A stretch of DNA of 64,000 nt from positions 512,001 through 576,000 of the forward strand of contig CBDBOV010000005.1 of assembly GCA_965208575.1 (NCBI GenBank), given 5' to 3'. The translations under genes and the position numbers were made by a program. The stretch comes from Spirochaetia bacterium (GTDB lineage: Bacteria; Spirochaetota; Spirochaetia; SZUA-6; Bin103). The notes under the pieces are model-generated. The model saw only the letters and a list, made by a program, of their open reading frames with translations, was not told the origin of the DNA and searched no databases. The stretch's first letter is position 1. Every line of letters starts with the position of its first letter. Shown here piece after piece: positions 57,918-64,000 of the stretch.

Positions 57918-60479
57918 TCAGCGGGACAGCGTGACGGTCACCGAGTCTCCCGCCGCGATGGTTCGCCGCTGCGGGAGGCGCGCCGCTCCGAGCCCGCGCA
58001 GCACCAGCTCCCGCAACTCCAGCTCGCCGCCGCCGACCGTCACCGTCGCCTCGGTGGCGCCCGCGAACGGCGTCTGCCGGCAGGTGCCCCAGCCGGTGCC
58101 GTGGCTCCAGAACCAGGTCGCCTTGCGCTCGGCGGCGGCGAACGTGAGGGTTGCGCTCGGCCGCGAGTAGGCGAAGCCGGTCAGCGCGAGCAGCGCCGAC
58201 CAGGCGGCCATGGAGCGCACGTAGTGCTCGCCGCACTCGATCTCCGAGAACGGGTTGCGCTTGCGGCCATCGTAGCGGCTGCGGATCGCCTCGATTACCT
58301 GCAGGCCGGCTTCGACCTGGCCCGCGTACAGCATGCCGGCGGCGGCGGTGTACTCGGAGCCGTTCCAGATCTCCGACTTGCGCCGCAGCGACCAGGGCGG
58401 CTCGCCGCCGCGCGGGTAGGAGGCGTAGATCAGCGCCTGCTCGTCGCCGAGCGCGAAGGTGCGCAGGTGGTTGAAGTGGGTGTGGAACTCGGTGCGGTAG
58501 TTGTAGCGCAGGATGCTGTGCAGCGTGCGCCGCACCTGCTCCGGTTCCAGGACGTAGCCCAGGTCGCACACGTGCGCGGCGTACTGGCCGGCGAGCTGGT
58601 CGACCTGGCAGCCGGCGCCGAGCTGGTCAGGCATTTGCAGGCGGCGTTCGGCGTGCTCCATCACCAGGCCGCGCGGGGCGGCGGCGCCCGGCGGCGGCGG
58701 GCGGACCTGCTGTTCGTAGTACTCGCCGTTGAACAGGTGCTCGTCCACCCAGGCGCGGCCGCGGCCGGCCAGCTCCCGGCACCGGTCGGCAAAGGCCGCG
58801 TCGTCCATGGCGCGGGCCATCCGCTCGGCCGCATGCAGCGCGGCCAGGTACCAGGCCGCCATCAGCGGATTGGGGCCGAACAGCTCGTAGTCCAGCGTGT
58901 TGTGCTGCGGGCCCTCCATCACGCCGTCGCGGTCGCCGTCCCAGCCGCCCGGTATCCAGCAGAACTCCATGCACGCGCGCGCTCTGGGCCACAGCCGCGC
59001 CAGCCACGCCGGGTCGCCGCTGAGCTGCCAGTCGCGGTACAGCTTCAGGATGCTCGCCATCTGGCCGTCCGCCGCGGCGAACGAGTGATCGCGGGCGCGC
59101 GGCAGCGGCAGGTGCACCCGGAAGTGCATCAGGCCGTGGTCATCGGTGGCGTGCAGGAACTGCACCTCGCGCATCCGCTGCGACAGTTCCAGGAACAGCG
59201 ACGCCGTGGCGTGCTCGTAACCCCACACGTGGTTGCACGACCCCATGCAGCACCCCTCGTTCGAGAAGCCGCCCTCGAACCCGTGGAAGTGGCCGTCCTC
59301 GGTACGGAAGCAGACCTGCGTGCGCAGCGTGCTGACGTTGAACAGGGCGGCCTCCTTGACCGCCGCCGGCAGGTCGCTCTCGCACACCGCCTGCACGAAC
59401 GCCACCGTGTCGGCTTCCAGCCGCGGGAGCTGGTCGAAGGTGCGTTCCACCACCTCCCAGGCGTCGCGGTAGCAGGTGGCGTAGTGGTTGCCGACCCGGG
59501 GGCCGCCGGTGCCGGGGCCGTCGCCGCCGGCGGTGAAGGTGGGTTCGGTGAAGCCGCCGATCGGACTCCAGGCCATGCGATTGGGGAAGTGCCAGCCGAT
59601 CACGAAGCTCACCGACGCCGTGGCATGCGCGGGCAGCGCCAGCGACACTGCCAGAGAGGCGTGCGGCGTCGCTCCCGTCCCCGTCCCGGCCCCCGCGTCG
59701 CGCGGTTCCAGCCGGCCGTCCGCGCTGAAGTCGTGCCAGAAGTCGCGCAGCGGCCACGGGGCCGGCTCGTCCAGCCAGGCGGTGCGCCGGGTCACCTCAC
59801 CGGCGGCGTCGGTCGCCAGGGCGATGGTTCCGGCCTGCTCGGCCGCGGCGTCCACCCCCGCTGAGGAGAGCAGGATGCCGCGCACCGGCGCTGTCCCTCC
59901 ACGCTCCCGGTATTCGTTGCAGTTGCCGGCGGGAGCGCCGAGGGCGCCATCGTAGCCGACGACGTTGGCGATGGTGCCGCACACCGCAACGCGCAGCGGG
60001 GCCGCCGTGGTATTGGTCACGTTGAATCGCAGGATGGCGGCCGGGATGCTGCTCGCGGCGACGTCGCCCGGGATCAGCGGGTTGAACCCCTGCACCAGGG
60101 CGGTGACCGGCAGGTCTGGATCGGCAAGATCCACTTGGCCGAAAGGGTAGGCAGCCGCGAAGCTGCAGGAGCGAAAGCGCGGCAGCCCGTGGTTGGGCTC
60201 GCCGCAGCCCTTCTGGCCGGTGATATAGTCGGCCTCGTCGATCGGTCCCTCCAGGGCACGCGCATGGCGTTCGCCGCCGGGCTGCTCGGTGTACACCGCG
60301 AAGAACGAGTCCGGCGGCGCAAAGCCCTTGGCGGGTCGGTTCATGATCTCCCAGTCGCGCAGGTTGCCGCGTCCGCCGAGGGAGATGGTGCCGGTGCCGA
60401 TGCCACCGAGCGGCAGCGCGATCATGCGCAGGTGATCCTGGTCGTACCGTCGCAACACCGGCCATGTCGGTTGCGTCAT
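57918..60479 (-). CDS. GH116 family beta-glucosidase / non-lysosomal glucosylceramidase-like
   Basis: ALPLGGIGTG, DWEIMNRP, NPLIPGD..ASS.P, GSCNHVWGY, AADGQ, QHNTLD, DQLAGQ, EIWNG.EY, R.RYDG..RNPF.EIECG.HY.R. Confidence 0.9.
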   Translation of the reverse strand: MTQPTWPVLRRYDQDHLRMIALPLGGIGTGTISLGGRGNLRDWEIMNRPAKGFAPPDSFFAVYTEQPGGERHARALEGPIDEADYITGQKGCGEPNHGLPRFRSCSFAAAYPFGQVDLADPDLPVTALVQGFNPLIPGDVAASSIPAAILRFNVTNTTAAPLRVAVCGTIANVVGYDGALGAPAGNCNEYRERGGTAPVRGILLSSAGVDAAAEQAGTIALATDAAGEVTRRTAWLDEPAPWPLRDFWHDFSADGRLEPRDAGAGTGTGATPHASLAVSLALPAHATASVSFVIGWHFPNRMAWSPIGGFTEPTFTAGGDGPGTGGPRVGNHYATCYRDAWEVVERTFDQLPRLEADTVAFVQAVCESDLPAAVKEAALFNVSTLRTQVCFRTEDGHFHGFEGGFSNEGCCMGSCNHVWGYEHATASLFLELSQRMREVQFLHATDDHGLMHFRVHLPLPRARDHSFAAADGQMASILKLYRDWQLSGDPAWLARLWPRARACMEFCWIPGGWDGDRDGVMEGPQHNTLDYELFGPNPLMAAWYLAALHAAERMARAMDDAAFADRCRELAGRGRAWVDEHLFNGEYYEQQVRPPPPGAAAPRGLVMEHAERRLQMPDQLGAGCQVDQLAGQYAAHVCDLGYVLEPEQVRRTLHSILRYNYRTEFHTHFNHLRTFALGDEQALIYASYPRGGEPPWSLRRKSEIWNGSEYTAAAGMLYAGQVEAGLQVIEAIRSRYDGRKRNPFSEIECGEHYVRSMAAWSALLALTGFAYSRPSATLTFAAAERKATWFWSHGTGWGTCRQTPFAGATEATVTVGGGELELRELVLRGLGAARLPQRRTIAAGDSVTVTLSR

Positions 60480-60594
60480 GTAATGCGTTCCCCGCCGGCG
60501 AGGGTAGGGCGCGACCGGTGGCCCGTCAAATCCGTCGCGCCGGTGTCGGCAGCGCTTTTGAGGCGGCGCCGGATGTGCCGTACAATCCGCCTTC

Positions 60595-61239
60595 ATGGCA
60601 CTGCAGATCTACACCCACGGCCGCCGCGACCAGCCCACGGTGGCGCTGACCTTCGACGACGGCCCCAATCCGCCGGTCACCGATCAGATCCTGGAGATTC
60701 TCGCGCAACGCGAGGTCCGGGCCACCTTCTTCCCCATCGGACGCTGGGTGGAGCGCTGGCCGCAGGCGTTCGCGCGCATGGTGGCCGCCGGCCACGTGAT
60801 CGGCAACCACAGCTACGAGCACGACCGCTACCTGGGCGACTTCGACCGCGCCGAGGCGGTGCTCGCCAACGTCACGGGCAAGCCGTCGCGCTTCCTGCGC
60901 GCCCACTTCTTCTACTTCCACCTGTGCCTGGGGTCGCCGCTGGCCACCTCGCCGGGTATCAGGATCGTCGATGCCGACGTCAATCCGGCCGATTTCTCGC
61001 GCACCGACCCCGACGAGATCGTCCGGCGGACCCTGGAGTCGGACCAGTTGCAGGGCGGTTCGATCATCGACCTGCACGACGGCGCGGAGATGGAAGACGA
61101 CGCCACCCGCCTGTCCCGCCCGCGGCCACTGATCGAGGCCTTGCCGCGGATCATCGACGGCCTGCGCGAACGCGGCCTGACCCCGGTCGGCCTGGACGAG
61201 ATGGAGCTGGTCGACCCAACCGAATGGTCCCCGCCCTGA
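60595..61239 (+). CDS. Polysaccharide deacetylase (NodB/CE4) family protein
   Basis: VALTFDDGP, ATFF, GHVIGNHSYEH, GSIIDLHDG. Confidence 0.9.
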   Translation: MALQIYTHGRRDQPTVALTFDDGPNPPVTDQILEILAQREVRATFFPIGRWVERWPQAFARMVAAGHVIGNHSYEHDRYLGDFDRAEAVLANVTGKPSRFLRAHFFYFHLCLGSPLATSPGIRIVDADVNPADFSRTDPDEIVRRTLESDQLQGGSIIDLHDGAEMEDDATRLSRPRPLIEALPRIIDGLRERGLTPVGLDEMELVDPTEWSPP

Positions 61240-61257
61240 ATGGCGGCGCCTCGGAGC

Positions 61258-61854
61258 TCACCACCTCATGCGGGTGCGCAGGTTGGCGATGTGGGCGTGG
61301 TGGTGGCTGCCGTGCCAGGCGTAGCTCTGGATGATCCAGCTTACGGTGATCGTGCCTGCCTCCGGGTGGTGCAGCGCGCGCAGCAGCGCCGACTCGTCGA
61401 GCGAACGCAGCGTGGCGGTCCAGCGCGCGTGCAGCCCGTCCAGCAGCCGCAGCGACACCTCCGGCGGCTCCGTGCCGGCGTCGGGCAGCCGGGCCCACGC
61501 CTCCTGGTCGTATGGCTTGATGGTGGGCGCGTCCTCGGTGAGCGCCAGCTTGGTGCGCACGTAGGCGTTCACGTGGCTGTCGGGCAGGTGGTGGACCACC
61601 TGGCGCACCGTCCAGCCGCCGGGACGGTACGGCGTGTCGAGCTGGCGGTCGGAAAGATCCTGCACCAGGGTGCGCAGTTCGGCCGGCAGCGCGGCGATGC
61701 GATCGATCCAGCGTTGGTGCTTCTCCGGCGTCGGGTGCGGGTCCTCCCGGAACCGCCCGATCGGGTACCTGAGCCGCTCCACGGCGGCGTCTTCCGTGCC
61801 GGCGGCGCCTGTGTCGTCGCCGCCCGGTGCGTAGGCCTTCACGTCCGCCACCAT
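61258..61854 (-). CDS. YfiT/BstA-like DinB-superfamily thiol transferase / metal-dependent hydrolase
   Basis: LRYPIGRF, QLDTPYRPGGWTVRQVVHHLPDSH, LALTED.PTIKPYD, YAWHGSHHHAHI. Confidence 0.9.
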   Translation of the reverse strand: MVADVKAYAPGGDDTGAAGTEDAAVERLRYPIGRFREDPHPTPEKHQRWIDRIAALPAELRTLVQDLSDRQLDTPYRPGGWTVRQVVHHLPDSHVNAYVRTKLALTEDAPTIKPYDQEAWARLPDAGTEPPEVSLRLLDGLHARWTATLRSLDESALLRALHHPEAGTITVSWIIQSYAWHGSHHHAHIANLRTRMRW

Positions 61855-61903
61855 ATCGCCAACCCGGCCTGCGTTGACAGCGCCGGACCGCCGCGCCGCC
61901 GCT

Positions 61904-62776
61904 TCAGGGCGGATCGGCAAGCGCGTCGCGGATGCGGTCCAGGATGTTCCGGTCCAGGACCAGGGAGACGTGGTTGGCGCCCTCACCGGCGATCACCGTG
62001 CTCCCGCTCTGCTCCAGGAATGCGACCTCGGCATCGCTGAGGCGGCCGACCACGGTGTCGGCCGTGGCGTACACGTAGATCGCCTTGCGCAGGTCGGTGG
62101 CGGCGAGCCGGTGGGTATAGCGGTCGTGGAAGGTGGCGCCCGCGATGAGCAGCCTGATCCACTCCCGGTCGGTCGTGGGGCGCTGTCCGGACGGCTCCGG
62201 GTCGGTTGCGTCGGGGAAGTGGTAGAGCATCCCCGCCAGCGCCCCGTCGACGTACTCGCGCGGCATGTCCAGGCGCCCCGCCATCAGCAGGTAGCGGTCG
62301 GCGCCGCCGGGGCCGTGCTGAGCCAGGTAGCGCGCCACCAGGAACGACCCGTAGGAATAGCCCACCACTACCACGCGCTTGCCCCGTGCCTTGAAGTGGT
62401 CGATCACGCGGCGCAGCAGTGCCACGCTGACGTCGACCTCGGCCTGCAGGTCGGCGAGCGACAGCCGGGCATGGCGGGCCGCGAGACGGTGGTTGAGGGT
62501 GAGCGTCTGGTGTACCTGCACCAGGTGGATCTCCTCGTGATTGGGCAGGCTCAGGAACGGAAGCAGCACGTCGAAGCTGATGTCGTGCGAGGGGCCGCCC
62601 TGCTCGAAGATCCACACCGAGTCGGCCCCCGGGCTCGCCGCGGCGGGGTGGACCACGAACAGCTCCGTGACCTCGGCCGGCAGCCGCGTGGCCCGGTACT
62701 CGCCGCCGACGCCGCTACAACCCGCAAGCAGCAGCGCAAGCAGGGCCGGCACGAACCGGCGCGGATGCGCAGTCAC
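61904..62776 (-). CDS. Alpha/beta hydrolase fold lipoprotein
   Basis: Lipobox LLAGC, QGGP oxyanion region, GYSYG nucleophile elbow, D and H near the C-terminus. Confidence 0.75.
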   Translation of the reverse strand: MTAHPRRFVPALLALLLAGCSGVGGEYRATRLPAEVTELFVVHPAAASPGADSVWIFEQGGPSHDISFDVLLPFLSLPNHEEIHLVQVHQTLTLNHRLAARHARLSLADLQAEVDVSVALLRRVIDHFKARGKRVVVVGYSYGSFLVARYLAQHGPGGADRYLLMAGRLDMPREYVDGALAGMLYHFPDATDPEPSGQRPTTDREWIRLLIAGATFHDRYTHRLAATDLRKAIYVYATADTVVGRLSDAEVAFLEQSGSTVIAGEGANHVSLVLDRNILDRIRDALADPP

Positions 62777-62943
62777 TCTCGCGGCACCGCGGCGGGCGCC
62801 GTGGCAGATCCGGCGCTTACCACTGGCGAGAACGGACATCGTGTTCGGCAAGCCTCAGCTTAGCACGCTCACGGTGCCGGTGCCGCCCGGCAAGCGGTTG
62901 GCGTTGCCGAACGGGTCGCGATGCTGAATCATGGCGAGCAACC

Positions 62944-64000
62944 GTGGTGTCCACGAGATGGCGGATGCTGGCCCTGGGCTGGCTGGCGTACTGCGCGTTC
63001 GGCATGGCCGTCGGGTCCCTTGCGCCGCTGGTGTCGCCCATCATGGGCGACCTGGGCCTGTCGAGCGCGCGCATGGGGCTGGTACTGGGAGTCTGGCAAC
63101 TGGTCTACGTGTTCACCGCCATACCCCTCGGCGTAGCGGTTGACCGGCTGGGGGTGCGCCGCTCCATCGCGCTGGCGCTGGCGGTGATCATCCTGTCGCT
63201 GGTGCTGCGCGCCGCGGCGACCTCGTTCTGGACGCTCCTGGCCTCGGTGGCGCTGTTCGGGGTCGGCGGGCCGGTGGTGTCGATCGGCGTGCCCAAGATC
63301 GTGGCCGAGTGGTTCCCGCCGCGCGAGCGCGGGAGCGCCGCCGGGTTCTACACCACCGCTCCCACCATCGGCGCCGTCGTCGTGCTGGCCACCGCGGCCG
63401 GCGTCCTGCTGCGCCTGGTCGGGTCGTGGCGCCTGGTGATGCTGGTGTTTGCCGTGGCCGGAGTCGGCGCGCTGCTGCTGTGGACCCTCGGCTATCGCGA
63501 TCCGCCGGCGGGCGGCACTTCGGCCGCGCGCCCGGCGCCGGTGGCGCGGGTGCGCGGCAGGTGGCTGGTGCTGCTGCGCGAGCGCAACATGCGCCTGCTG
63601 CTGGTGCTGGCCGTGGGCACGTTCGCGGTGAACCACGGCCTGAACGCATGGCAGCCCACCTACCTCGAAGAGGCGGGCTTCACCTTGGCGGCCGCCGGGA
63701 GATGGACCGCGGTCGGCACCCTGTGCGGCCTGCTGACCGCGCTGATCGTACCCGGCCTGTCACGCCCCGGCGCGCGCCGCATCGCCCTGGCGGCGCTGCT
63801 GCTGGCCGGGGCAGCCGGCCTGGCCGGCATGACGGTTCTGGACGCCGGGCCGTTGCTCGCCGCGTCCTGGGTCACCGCCATGGCGCGCGCTCCGGTTCTT
63901 CCGCTGATGATGCTGCTGCTGATGGAGCAGCCCGGCGTCGGTGCCCGCCACCTCGGGCTGGGTGCCGGCCTGCTGTTCGCGGCGGCCGAGATCGGCGGCT
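62944..64000 (+). CDS. MFS transporter, partial (runs off the window)
   Basis: Open frame VVSTRWRMLALGWLAY...; MFS motif A G.AVDRLGVRR, VAEWFPPRERG.A.G; many TM helices. Confidence 0.85.
   Translation, partial: MVSTRWRMLALGWLAYCAFGMAVGSLAPLVSPIMGDLGLSSARMGLVLGVWQLVYVFTAIPLGVAVDRLGVRRSIALALAVIILSLVLRAAATSFWTLLASVALFGVGGPVVSIGVPKIVAEWFPPRERGSAAGFYTTAPTIGAVVVLATAAGVLLRLVGSWRLVMLVFAVAGVGALLLWTLGYRDPPAGGTSAARPAPVARVRGRWLVLLRERNMRLLLVLAVGTFAVNHGLNAWQPTYLEEAGFTLAAAGRWTAVGTLCGLLTALIVPGLSRPGARRIALAALLLAGAAGLAGMTVLDAGPLLAASWVTAMARAPVLPLMMLLLMEQPGVGARHLGLGAGLLFAAAEIGG

Noticed and set aside
50351-59864. Long antisense or alternative-frame ORFs (e.g. 50351-52318, 52603-54627, 55798-57774, 58101-59864; also 17665-19284, 23283-24698, 38963-40480)
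   Set aside because: These are shadows of well-supported genes on the opposite strand in high-GC DNA and carry no recognisable motifs.

Overview
GC-rich bacterial chromosomal window. The host may be a Spirochaetota member, inferred only from the 'FAAGxxE'-type signal peptides on the solute-binding proteins. It has three parts. (1) 1-13.8 kb: acetoin genes acoX and acoA are separated by an ~8 kb block containing an internally deleted AAA/DUF4143 gene, an IS1634 and a peptide-type ABC importer. After these come a CobW GTPase, a sulfatase and three type II toxin-antitoxin (TA) pairs. (2) ~13.8-49.3 kb: a defence island built on a repeatedly duplicated type I restriction-modification (RM) scaffold, with three hsdM starts and three hsdR copies. 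Cargo between the copies includes a decayed Rad50/SMC-like ATPase with a HEPN-like gene, a DUF1828 pair, Gabija, a stand-alone OLD-like ATPase-TOPRIM, an FGE-domain cassette, IS21, IS1634 and IS1380 elements and further TA modules. The most unusual element lies in the one intact RM operon: a PRTase-like gene (25433-26443) directly upstream of an hsdS fused in frame to an N-terminal NADAR N-glycosidase domain (26450-28564). This is a candidate 'writer/eraser' or guard module coupled to a type I RM complex. (3) 49.4-64 kb: carbohydrate and oligopeptide ABC importers, a GH116 glucosidase, a polysaccharide deacetylase, a YfiT-like protein, a hydrolase and an MFS transporter. I saw no rRNA, tRNA or CRISPR array. 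All family calls come from recognising motifs by eye; no database searches were run.
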